Notes: generated by a model from the letters alone, not told the origin. DNA of 64,000 nt from the human T2T-CHM13v2.0 reference genome, Homo sapiens (GCF_009914755.1 NC_060940.1), one strand, 5' to 3'. Counted from the first letter of the stretch, positions 1-19,814 are shown. Numbers and translations are program-made.

Positions 1-400
1 CTACAGGCATGTGCTACTATGCCCAGCTATTTTTTTTTTTTTTTTTTTTTTACTTTTTGTAGAGATGGTCTCGTTGTGTTGCCCAGGGTGGTTTCAAAGT
101 AGTGGCTTCAAGCAAGTGATCCTCTGGCCTCAGCCTCTGGATTAGCTGGGACCATAGGTGTGAGCCACCATGCCTGATCCCTTTTCATATTCTAGCACTG
201 CATCACCAAAAAGTCTTGCATCCCAAGAAACCCATAAGTTCCAGGCAAACTGGGACAACTGGTTACTCTACAACAGGAATGTGCTTGGCAGAATGACTTG
301 TATATTATAATAGATTTGCAAGCAATATGGCAGGAGAGAAAAGCCTAAATAGGCGACCCGAAATGGCATCTTGAAATCTTGAAGAATATGACATCTGAGC

Positions 401-719
401 TTTGTTTTGTTTTGTTTTGTTTTGTTTTGTTTTGTTTTGTTTTGAGACGGAGTCTCCTTCTGTCGCCCAGGCTGGAGTGCAGTGGTGGGTGGATCACTGC
501 AAGATCCGCCTCCCGGGTTCACGCCATTCTCCTGCCTCAGCTCCCAAGTAGCTGGGACTACAGGCGCACGCTGCTACATCCGGCTAATTTTTTGTATTTT
601 TAGTAGAGATGGGGTTTTACCGTGTTAGCCAGGATGGTCTTGATCTCCTGACCTCGTGATCTGCCCACCTCGGCCTCCCAAAGTGCTGGGATTACAGGCG
701 TGAGCCACTGCATCCGGCC
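401..719 (-). mobile_element. AluY-like element with (TTTTG)n tail
   Basis: Full dimeric Alu; TSD GACATCTGAGCTTT at 390-403 and 721-734. Confidence 0.9.
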
Positions 720-811
720 CGACATCTGAGCTTTTCAGTATAATGTTAAGATATTGATACAGTACACTATGAAAAAAAAAAAAACACTTCACCATTAAGA
801 GTGTGAGCAAA

Positions 812-1750
<939 letters not shown>

Positions 1751-2147
1751 AAAGCCCTGCTTAGGCGTTTGAGTTTTACTTTGGACATACATACAAATAG
1801 AGACATAGCTCTTCTAAAGCTCTCTGTCTTTGTGTACATAGCTTGTTAATTTGCTTCCCACCAAAATGAGTGGGATCTAAGATCATCGTGCCTGAGCATT
1901 TCTGCAACCCTCCCCCACTCCCACCTCTTTAGTTCATATTTATCTAGTTCTCAAAATCTGCCTGTCATGGTTCATAGGCAAAGATAGTACTTTGGCTTTC
2001 AAGTCCTTGGTGCACTCTGTTCTCCCAATGTTTTTTTTTTCTTAAGTAGGAAAAAGGTTCAGCAGAATTTTGGGGAGAGGGAGCAGGAGAACCTTTCCAA
2101 TTGCCTCCTCGGATCCTGCTTTGGAGTCTCCCACCCATATGTCATGA

Positions 2148-4250
<2,103 letters not shown>

Positions 4251-5048
4251 GCATCTGAATCAGAGGCTGGGGACCACTGAGGGTCCTTTGTCAAGTAGAT
4301 CCCACTTTGCCACAGAGGATTTATCATGAAACTGTGTTTTTTCAGGTCACTTGCTAGCCAAGCGGCAGGAAAGCAGGGTACACAGCAAACCCAGAAATCC
4401 AGGGCCTGGGCTGGGCTCTTATCAGCAACTAGCCATGCAATTTGAACATGATCCTTTATCTTTCTAGTCTTCTGTTTGCTCTTCTGCAGAATTTGGAGCT
4501 AGCTGACTACTCAGTTCATTTACATCTGGGAACCTTGGACCCTGGCCCTGAGTCCCAGTAATAATTTCCCTCTCTTCATCAATCAACAAATATTTATGAA
4601 CATGGTCCTGTGCTCAGCCTCCCGGCCATGTGTATTTGGTTACTCATTATCCTGATTTCTCTAAGCTGTCTCCTTTCAAGCAAAACAATAAAATTTAAAG
4701 AGCTCCGAGAGGGCCTGGGAGGAAGTTTCTCACCAAAAGGCATTTGTCCACCCCCAGTGGGGTGATAGGGGTGCTGGGGATGCCCTCCAAAGCCATGGGA
4801 AACCCTCGCCTTCCTCTGGCTCACAGAAACAGGGAGGTGGATGGGAGTTCCCCACTGCTTCTCAGGAGTAGGCCCTCACAAGCCCTTTCCCCTATTTTCT
4901 GAATAGTGAAAGTCCCAGGCTTTCTATAATAGAATAGATATGCACTCGCATTTCCAAAGGGCTTTGGCAGCAAAAATTTTATCAGCTCTTCCTCCTGACT
5001 GTTGTGGTAAGTGGATCAGTGGTTTATTGTTAGTACAAAACAAGATAA

Positions 5049-6533
<1,485 letters not shown>

Positions 6534-6699
6534 AGGCCATTCCTATTGGTGCTGATGATAGCACCAATGATGCTGGTGCTAGATAGACAGCATCTCATGA
6601 TGCTGATAAAGGCTTTCCAGCTCCCCATGCCCTTGGGATGGGGACCACGCTCCTTGCCATGGCTCACAGGACCCTCTTGCCTGCCCCTGAGGAACAGAT

Positions 6700-7025
6700 T
6701 CATCTTTGGCTCTCACCCCCTTGCATTGCAGCACTATAGCCTCTTTCAGTTCCTTGAATATGCCATGTTCTCTCACATCTGGGCTGTTCCCTTTGCCTGG
6801 AACAGTATTCTCTTCCTGAAACACAGTTTTTTTCCCTGCCCTGCCTCCTTGCCTGGCTGATCTCCAACTCACCTTTCAGGCATCAGCTTGGAATGGTCTA
6901 TTCCTGTCTCTTGCCTTTCTTTCAGCACCATACTCTTTCTCCCTCATACCATTTAGTCATTCATTCATTCATTAATTCAACAATATTTATTGAGTGCCTA
7001 GTACATGTCAGGCACCATTCTAGGC
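6700..7025. mobile_element. L2 fragments
   Basis: GCTGTTCCCTTTGCCTGGAA and CATTCATTCATT...CAACAATATTTATTGAGTGCCTA are L2 3'-region hallmarks. Confidence 0.6.
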
Positions 7026-7064
7026 TTACCTGTCATACTGTATTGTCACTGCCTGCTTCAGTAC

Positions 7065-8712
<1,648 letters not shown>

Positions 8713-8719
8713 AGAGACC

Positions 8720-9295
8720 TATTATTAGTCATTTTCCATTCTCCCCTCCCCCCAGGCCATGGCAACCACTAATCAATCTGTCTCAATGGATTTGCCTATT
8801 CTGGACATTTCATATAAGTGAAATCATACAATACATAGTCTTTTATGGCTGGCTTCTTTTAGTTAATATGCTTTTACAAGATTCATCCATGTTGTAATAT
8901 GAATCAGTACTTTATTCCTTTTCATGGCTGAATAATATTTCATTGTATAGATACACCACATTTGGTTTACCTCTTCATCAGTTGATGAGCATTTGGGTTG
9001 TTTCCACTTTTTAGCTCTTTTGAATAATGCTGCTATGAACATTTACGTACACATTTTTCTGCAGACATATGTTTTGCTTTCTCTTGGAACTCTACCTAGG
9101 TAGGAGCAGAATTGCTGGGTCATGTAACTCCACATTTAATCTTTTTGAGGAACTGTCAGGCTGTTTTCCAAAGCAGCTGCACCATTTTACATTTCCACCA
9201 GCAAGGTACAAGGGTTCCAATTTCTCCACCTCTCATCAATACTTACTATTGCCCTTCTCTTTGATCATAGCCATTCAAGTGGGTGGGAAGTGTTT
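8720..9295 (-). mobile_element. L1M (L1MB-like) 3' fragment
   Basis: GATTTGCCTATTCTGGACATTTCATATAAG...TTTTTGAGGAACTGTCAGGCTGTTTTCCAAAGC typical of antisense L1MB 3' ends. Confidence 0.8.
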
Positions 9296-9982
9296 CTTCT
9301 GATGTTCTATGAGAACAGGGACTCCATCTGTCTGGTTCTGGTTCAGTACTGTATCCCAGAACCTACTACAGTGCCTGGAATTTATTACATACTAAATATT
9401 GTGTTAAATACACTAAAAAACTGTTCAGTGAATGGATAAATCAAAAGCTGTTTGGATAGTTACAATGGGTATCATGTATTTATCTCTCTAATAGGGATCT
9501 TCCACGGGGTCTAATACCTTTTTTTTTTTTAGTATAGTACTGAACCACTCTTCTGATACCATAGTCTTTCTTCTAGGAGGAAATGGGATTAAATTTAATC
9601 TTTCTTGTTTTTCCTCTTTAGGTATACACATACTCATATAGGCACCTACAGATAATTTATTAGATGTTGGCACATTTTGTTTCTTCCTATTTTTACTTCT
9701 CTTGCAAAAATTCTTACTTCTACAGGGCTGTTTGCTCACCTCCAGGTATTTCATGCTTGCAAATAGGTTTCCTCCTGTTTCCAGGCTGGCCACAATGGAA
9801 CAATCAATACCTGTGACGGGCTAGCCTTGCTCTTTTTGGTTTTCTTTTAATATTTCTGAACATCCTGTTTTGGTCCCCCAGTTTAGAAGTATCTGGGGTC
9901 ATTTAATAGGTGGAAGTCAGCTAAGCCAGGGACTGTGTGATACTCACAGCCAGCACCTAGCACTTGATAAATAGTTGTTCAG

Positions 9983-10930
<948 letters not shown>

Positions 10931-11398
10931 AGTTGTTCAATAAATGAATGTGAATATAGGAGAAAGACGGCTTGAGGTAGCAAAGGAACACTCCCTTGCA
11001 AATGATTCAGGCTTGGTCAACAATACACCTATTGAGTACCCACCGTGTCCTTGGCCCGTGGTGAGGGCCGAAACACAGCACATGGTAAACAAAACAGGGC
11101 TCCAGCCTTGGACAGAAGGTTTCTATAATCACTTCTAGCTGCGTTGTTCTATTTCCATACCCATATCTATTCACTTTTTATGGTACATCTATTGATTCTG
11201 AAAATTACATTTTAGCTAAGGAATCTACTCATTTGCTTAAGCCCAAAATAGGAAGTTATGATCTAGTGTCAGCAAAACGCCGGATTCACAAGTGTCCCCA
11301 TGGCGCTGTTTACCCCCAAATAACTAAACCCCGCCAAATGTTGAGATTCCGGACGTGAGGGGTGCTTGGATGGGGAACCCCCGAAAGAATGGACATCA

Positions 11399-11417
11399 CG
11401 TCCACCAGAGGGTGCTG
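11399..11417 (+). promoter_or_regulatory. Candidate CTCF site upstream of the promoter
   Basis: CGTCCACCAGAGGGTGCTG versus core consensus CCASYAGRKGGCRS (one mismatch). Confidence 0.5.
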
Positions 11418-11980
11418 TGGGGGCAAATTTGTGCCAGGAGGGGAGCTCGACCGGTGACCCTCAGAGCCAGGTAGGCGTAAGGAGTAAATCTCCTTCTTCC
11501 CGGTGTTTCCTTCCCACCCCCTCGAACCATTGCTGCCCCTCCCCCATACTTGGTTCCCCCTGAATAATTTGCCACTTTCGGGGACTTAAGAAGTGTTTGC
11601 TTTTCAAAGACATCTGGTTTCTGTGGCTAACGCCCAGTGGTCAGGCCGCCCAGGTCACAGGCCGGCCGGGGGCGGGCGGTGGGTGGGGACTGCTGGGGCG
11701 TCAGCGGCCCAGGCGCCGCAGGGACCGCGAAAGGGTTAACCCGGCGGGGGGAGGGGGAGGGGGCGCGGGCCGCGCCTGCGCTCTGCCGCCCTCCATTGTC
11801 TCCACGGCGGCGAGGAGCGCCGGCGAGCGCAGCCCGGGACCGAGCGGGGCGGCGCGGCTGGCGGGGCCGGCGGCGGCTGAAGCGAGAGCGCGACGCGACG
11901 CGACCGCGGCTTCCCGAGCTGCGCCTGGCCGCCCAGCGCCGCGGCCCGCCCGAGGCCTGGAGGGGTCCGGGCCGCCGTCC

Positions 11981-11998
11981 ATGGTCGCGGCGTCCTGA
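11981..11998 (+). other. uORF1 (MVAAS*)
   Basis: ATG GTC GCG GCG TCC TGA in the leader; +4 G. Confidence 0.55.
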
Positions 11999-12208
11999 GG
12001 CGGGGGACGCGCCCGGCGCCCCCGGCCCTCCTCCGCCTCCTCCCGCGGGGCGGGCGGCCTCCTCCGGCGCCTCCCCGCGCCCGCCCGCCGCTCGCCGCCG
12101 CCTCCCTCCCTCCTTCCCTGCGGCTCCCCCGGCTTTCGGAGCCCGGGGGCGGCCTGTGGCGCGCGGAGCCCGCGCCGGACTGCGCCTCTTTGGACCTTGA
12201 GGGGAAAC

Positions 12209-12232
12209 ATGCGTTTGCCTTGGATCGTTTGA
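12209..12232 (+). other. uORF2 (MRLPWIV*)
   Basis: ATG CGT TTG CCT TGG ATC GTT TGA; -3 A. Confidence 0.55.
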
Positions 12233-12356
12233 AATTCTGAGTTTGGGATCCCCGCCCGCCCGCCTGCCTCTTCCGCCCCGCGGGTTTTTTCCTTTTTTCC
12301 TTTTGCTTTTTTTCCTTTTCTCCCTCCGGGTCTCCTTTTTGACTCCCTCCCCCTTT

Positions 12357-12386
12357 ATGCTCGCCCAGCCCTCCCCCTGCTGCTGA
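12357..12386 (+). other. uORF3 (MLAQPSPCC*)
   Basis: ATG CTC GCC CAG CCC TCC CCC TGC TGC TGA; weak context; ends 56 nt before the main ATG. Confidence 0.5.
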
Positions 12387-12442
12387 GAAGTGGGGGAGGG
12401 TCTCGGCCTCCAGGTTCCCGCCCCACCGGGGCCCGGGCGAGC

Positions 12443-12866
12443 ATGGGGGGCAAGCAGAGCACGGCGGCCCGCTCCCGGGGCCCCTTCCCGGGGGTCTCCA
12501 CCGATGACAGCGCCGTGCCGCCGCCGGGAGGGGCGCCCCATTTCGGGCACTACCGGACGGGCGGCGGGGCCATGGGGCTGCGCAGCCGCTCGGTCAGCTC
12601 GGTGGCAGGCATGGGCATGGACCCCAGCACGGCCGGGGGGGTGCCCTTTGGCCTCTACACCCCCGCCTCCCGGGGCACCGGCGACTCCGAGAGGGCGCCC
12701 GGCGGCGGAGGGTCTGCGTCCGACTCCACCTATGCCCATGGCAATGGTTACCAGGAGACGGGCGGCGGTCACCATAGAGACGGGATGCTGTACCTGGGCT
12801 CCCGAGCCTCGCTGGCGGATGCTCTACCTCTGCACATCGCACCCAGGTGGTTCAGCTCGCATAGTG
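12443..12866 (+). CDS. ZNRF1: ZNRF1 exon 1 coding portion (N-terminal 141 aa + 1 nt; zinc finger and RING domains are encoded by later exons outside the window)
   Basis: Translation MGGKQSTAARSRGPFPGVSTDDSAVPPPGG...LPLHIAPRWFSSHSG matches my recollection of the human ZNRF1 N-terminus. Strong Kozak (GAGCATGG), MGxxxS myristoylation motif, RxRxxS motif (R47-S52), Tyr103. Canonical donor G|GTGAGT at 12866/12867; 424 coding nt, phase 1. Confidence 0.97.
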
Positions 12867-14759
12867 GTGAGTCCGCGGGTGGTGGAGGCCTCGGAGGGAG
12901 GGCGCGCCGGGGCGCCCCAAGCCTTCGCGTGCGTGCCAAGGTTTGGGAATGTAGTGCACGACCGGGATCTGTCTGCATTCCCTTTGGTTCCCGATGCCAA
13001 GGGATGAATGGGATACCTACCGTCTGGAAACTAGGCTTTCTGCGAGGCTGCGGAGCCTGGCGATTTAGGGACTCACGGCGTGTGTTAACTTGTGGAAGGG
13101 CAGAGCGAAGCCTACCTATTGGAGTTCCATTTATTGGCATCACCCTCCTCAGAGAAGAGGTCGTGTCTGGCTGAGAGCAAGTCAGCCTGGGTACTTCCAT
13201 TCTGCCACTGCAGCACTGTGCCTGCCTCACCGGTAACGGAGAGATGGAGCCAGTTGGAGCAAGCAGTGTCTCCTAAACAGAGTGTGTGAAAATGAAATAA
13301 AATCAGGGGCAAGTGATGCCTGGATTAGGGCTCTCACTCTTGCTGGGAGAGAGAGGTGCCCAGTTTTGCCACCCTGCTGGAGATCTGTTTGAAATGTTTA
13401 AAATGGAGCAGCCGGCAGGCGGCTGGCATAGACAGGTGTGGCTGCTGTACGGAGGGCCCAGCCGGCGAGTCTCGCGGGGGCTTTGCAGGACCCGGGCTGT
13501 GGTCACCCGTACTGCATGCAGCAGGCTTGGCTCCGCGACTCTCGCCTCCCTCCATCTTTTTTTCTTCTGCTCCATGCTAAGTGCTTGGTCTTCCCGTGAA
13601 TCTGCATCTTTTTGTAACAGGGAGCCTGTCACGGTGGGGCATTATTGCCTGGCTGTTGGCACATGACTGGGGAAAAGGAGGATTCAGAGAATCTGGATGA
13701 ATTCATTTTATGAACTTCTGGTGACAGGCCAGCAAAAGGTTGGAGGGGGATTTCCCAGGCTCCTAGCGGGAGGGCAAAAAAGGCCTGGCAGGAGGAAAAC
13801 AGGTCTGTCTGCTAGGTCAGGCATCTAGAAAATTGGCCAAAAGGGATGTGGGGGCCGCTATTTGCTAATTGGCAAGTTGAGTGATGAAGTTACATCTTAA
13901 GATTCTTTTGGGTGAGTTGGGAAAATTTAGATAGTGTAGGGGAAAGATTGCTCCTGCCTTTAGGGTACTTTATGGAGGGTAATATCTGTTGGATCACTCT
14001 TTTAACTACTGTGAAATAGGGTTGACTTTTGGGGTATCTCTTTTCCCCCCCCTGCAAATAGCCTGGGGTTTGTTTTCATTTGGTTTGGTTTTTTGTCAAT
14101 TCTGTAAACTTTAATTTGTGAAATAGTGTTGGGGGAGAAACGATTAGTGACTAATTTAGGGTAACACTTAGAAGTAGCTTGTGAATTGTTAGGATATTTT
14201 AATCTCTGACAGACCTCCGGATATCATTGGAGCTTTTCTGACCTCATGGAACTCTGCCCTGAGTGAGAAGCAGGACATGATTGCCTTTGGCTCTTTCAGG
14301 CATTTGATCAAAATTAGGCATTTTGAAATTAATAATTTTTCCTATGGAATTTAGTCCAGAGAGTTAGCCATATTTTTGAGATGACTAGTTTGGTGTTTAA
14401 AAGAACTGTAATGAGCATCTGGTTTTGAACTTAAAAGTACTGTAAGAAGTTTCTCTAAAATCACAGAATTTTTTGTGTTGAAAAACATATGAGATATGTA
14501 GGGAGGAAGAAAGGGAGTGCTTTTTTTGCTAAAATTTCTTAAGCCTCTTACTAAAAATTTATTTATTATGCTACTACCAGGTTCCATGCTACAGTTATGA
14601 GCTTGTAGTTGGATTCCAGAATTTCACTCTTAAGCTGTGAAACCTTATTTTTTTTCATCCGATCATGGTGAGGGTAGGGAGAGCCACTGAACTGTGGGGA
14701 CAGGAAGGTTGGAGCATATTAATCCTTTAGGGAAGGGTGTCAAAAGTGTGTATGGGAGG

Positions 14760-14947
14760 CTGCTATTAATATTGTAGGTAATCCATTCCTTACTGTGTAG
14801 GACCATCATGTCCTTCTGCAAGACATCGAGCATACCTACTAAATGCTGATAGCATCCAGCAGTTCAGTGTGTCACCCCAAAATGTCCCCAAGAATTCCCA
14901 AATGCCCTCTGGGGTGTGGGTGGTATCACTCTGGTTGAGAACCACTG
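14760..14947 (+). mobile_element. MER20-like hAT DNA transposon fossil
   Basis: CCAAAATGTCCCCAAGAATTCCCAAATGCCCTCTGGGG...GGTTGAGAACCACTG terminal motif. Confidence 0.6.
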
Positions 14948-15369
14948 CTTTAGGGATTTATTCTTTTATTCACATAAAGTAATTGGCTTTTCCTGTGCAT
15001 TTCATTTGAGATGAATCTTCGTGTGCAGCATTGGTTCCATCTCACCTGAAACAGACCATGGGATCTTCCAGGACATCTGTTTCCTCTGTTACACATTGCT
15101 GCAAGAAGCAAAACTTGTTTCTGCTTTGGAGCCTTTGAGTAAGGTCTAAGCAGCTTTTGCTCTTCTGTTGCAAGATTGGAAGGGTAACGATTTTGGTGCA
15201 CAATTAATTAGATGCCTGGAAGTTGATATGATATGTTTGCTTGTGTTTTCAAGGTGCTCTTGCAACTCTTCATGGGCACAGAAAACAGTTGTCAGTGAAA
15301 TACATGAGGGAGTTCAGTGTATACAAGGCCTTCTCAGAGAGCGTGGGCTTAGGCTGGGTCTGGAGGTAG

Positions 15370-16650
<1,281 letters not shown>

Positions 16651-16662
16651 AGGACATTCTAA

Positions 16663-16908
<246 letters not shown>

Positions 16909-17366
16909 TGATGGGTGGAGAGAGGTTTACAGCTGTGCTAGCTGTAGCCCCCAAATGGAATCTGGTTCTGTGTCCTAAAGTCTGGCCTGCATTAGTGGGC
17001 TGCTTTTACTCATAATGCCGCTGATAAGGGCTGCTTTATAGAAGCAGAGTGACTCCCTTTCCACGTTAAAAAGTTTTGCTATAACTCCTGATGGCTGCCT
17101 CGGTGCTATTCTGGAGGCCTGGTCATTCTCTTTCGGTAGTTCTGTTTGTCTCAGAGTATGGATTTCTAAATGTGGGGTACAAAACATGCACCATCCACCA
17201 TGTTGAAAGAAGTTGCTGTTTTCTAGGTTCTACTATAAAAGGGCTGGCCATTGAGGGCTTCACTTCACCTTCTTAGTCATATGTGTATATATATGTATGC
17301 ACTTTCAGAAAGTCTAAACTGTTCTTTATTGTCATCAAGCCATCAACTGAGACTGATACAAGGTGA

Positions 17367-17543
<177 letters not shown>

Positions 17544-18327
17544 TAAATTTTATACAATCTTTTGTAGAGATGAGGTCTCACTATGTTGCCTAGGCTGGCC
17601 TCAAACTCCGGGCTTTAAGCAATCCTCCCACCTCAACCTCCCAAGGTATTGGGATTATAGGCATAAGCCACCACGCCTGGCCCAACGTGGCTTTTAATAA
17701 GTCTTTGAACATGCTAGGAGGTATCTCTTGGGCTCTATTTTGCTGCCACTGTAGGGTTCTCAAGTGATTTAATTTTCTTTTATTGTTAGCTAATGGGGGA
17801 GAATTGCCAGCTCCCTTGGAGTGAATCAGAAAGCCTTTGTGTCCCGCCATAGGTGTGCTAGAAGTAATGGGCCTTCACATGGTTTCTGGAGAAGGAAAAG
17901 CATTCTGTGGTCTCCAAAGAGCATGATGGGTCTCCTGCCCTGCAAAAGTTCTATTGTTAATGAAAACTTGTATTAAAAAGCAGAATTTTTAGCTCTTTAT
18001 TACCATGAGGGCTTATTTTCTTAAAATACAAAAGTTACCCCGAGGCAAAGATAATTTCTTGAAGGTCATAGTTAACTCTTGCTTATTGAGGTTTGAATGG
18101 TGTTGTAAGAAACAGTGGCTTAGCTCTTAAAGCGTTTGCTTTATGGGATACTACATTTTGATATTAAACAAAGACCCACCTCAATATATCATGTCACAAG
18201 GAATACTTAGGCCATTCTTAGCCAAAGAAATGAAGCAAGCTCTAGTTCCTTTTGGGAAAAGGAACATGCTTTGTATTTTACATATGTGGTATTCACCCCA
18301 AGCTTATTGGGCACAGAAATTTGAGTA

Positions 18328-18989
18328 TAGTAGTTACTCCCTATCCAAAGGGGATTCGTTCCAATACCCACAGTGGATGCCTGAAACCGTGGATAGTACC
18401 TCACCTGAACCCTATATCTACTATGTCTTTTCCTGTATATACATACCTTTGATAAAGTTTTATTTATAAATTAGGCACAATAAAAGCTCGACAGCAGTAA
18501 CTAATAATAGAACAATTATAACAATATACTGTGATAAAAGTTATGTGAATGTGTTCTCTCTCTCTCTCTCCCTGTCTCGAAAGTACAGTCATGCATTGCT
18601 TAATGACAGGGATACTTTCTGAGAAATGGGTCATTAAGGGATTTTGTCACTGGGCAAACATCATAGGGTGTACATACACGGACCTAGGTGGTATAGCCTG
18701 CTACATACCTAGATTATATGTTGCTCCTAGTGCTCCTAGGCTACAAACCTGTGCAACATGTGACTGTATTGAACACTGTTGGCAATTGTAATACAGTTGT
18801 AAGTATTTGTGTGTCTAAACATAGAAAAGGTACAGGATATAGTCTTACGGGACCACCATCATGTATGCAGTTGCTTGTTGACCCATGCATGTAGGGTGGT
18901 GCGTCATGGTATCTTAATATTTTAGACCTCCATTGACCACGGGTAACTGAAACTATGGAAAGTGAAGCCTTGGACAAGGGGTACTGCTG
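18328..18989 (-). mobile_element. MER44 (MER44A-like, TcMar-Tigger MITE)
   Basis: Degenerate TIRs TAGTAGTTACTCCCTATCC / GGACAAGGGGTACTGCTG flanked by TA; ~336 bp once the nested insert is removed. Confidence 0.75.
18586..18909 (-). mobile_element. Tigger3a-like element nested in MER44
   Basis: TA|CAGTCATGCATTGCTTAATGACAGGGATAC...CTCCTAGGCTACAAACCTGT...|TA. Confidence 0.78.
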
Positions 18990-19814
18990 TATACCCAATT
19001 ATAAAACTAAGCTTCAATTTTGACAGCTTCAAAATTAGAAAAACTTCATAGGGAAGTGGTGGTAACTTAAATGGGATATTGATTCTGCTCCTACTCATCC
19101 TTAGGTAGGGGTGTTTTTAATGACAGTGGATCACTAAGGTTGTGGTTCTAGAATCTTGAAGTTAGCCCAAAACCTAAATCTTAACCTCAGTCAGTTTGTT
19201 TGTTTGTTTGTTTGTTTATTGAGACAGAGTCTCACTCTGTCACCCAGGCTGGAGTGCAGTGGCATGATCTGAGCTCACTGCAACGTCCACTTCCCGGGTT
19301 CAAGTGATTGGCCTGCCCCAGCCTCCCAAGTAGCTGGGATTACAGGCATGCACCACCACGCCTGACTAGTTTTTGTATTTTTAGTAGAGACAGGGTTTCA
19401 CCATGTTGGCCAGGCTGGTCTCGAACTCCTGACCTCGGGTGATCCACCTGCCTTGGCCTCCCAGAGTGCTGGCATTACAGGCATGAGCTACCGTGCCTGG
19501 CCACCTCAGTCTTTTAGGATGATGGGTGAATATAAATTTCAGTCTGTTTCTTTTCCAAGCTTTCTCATGGCCTAGTCTGAATCAGATGGTTCATAGTAAT
19601 TACCATGGGTTCAGTCTTGAGTGTGAGAAGGGGATTCTTAGAGACCCAGCAGTTTTCACTTCTGAATCTTAGGTTCTCACTAGAACACAGGTTTATCCTT
19701 GAATCCAGCAGTTGGGTTTCTGTCCTTTATGTGCTGTATGGATGAAGGATGAGTTGTGGGTATGAGTGAATAACCTGAAGACCAGCCCTCAAGTGTGAAG
19801 TGTGAAGCAAATAA

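Larger units (their letters stand above)
11795..12442 (+). other. ZNRF1: Probable ZNRF1 5' UTR (exon 1, non-coding part)
   Basis: GC-rich leader between an Inr-like TCCATTG (A at 11795, just downstream of GC boxes and an NRF1-like motif) and the ATG. TSS position is inferred. Confidence 0.6.
11620..13090. promoter_or_regulatory. CpG island / TATA-less promoter of ZNRF1
   Basis: Very high GC and undepleted CpG relative to flanks; free of interspersed repeats; GC box GGGGCGGG 11669-11676; NRF1-like GCGCCTGCGC 11772-11781; overlaps exon 1. Confidence 0.93.

Noticed and set aside
11627-12775. 382-aa minus-strand ORF and other long ORFs over the CpG island (11597-11998, 11637-12200, 11701-12210, 12390-13007)
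   Set aside because: Low-complexity R/G/A/P translations expected from stop-poor GC-rich DNA; no recognisable domain.
12443-13174. 243-aa ORF as a complete single-exon gene
   Set aside because: Similarity to ZNRF1 ends at the GTGAGT donor (12867); the remainder is intron read-through, kept only as a speculative isoform.
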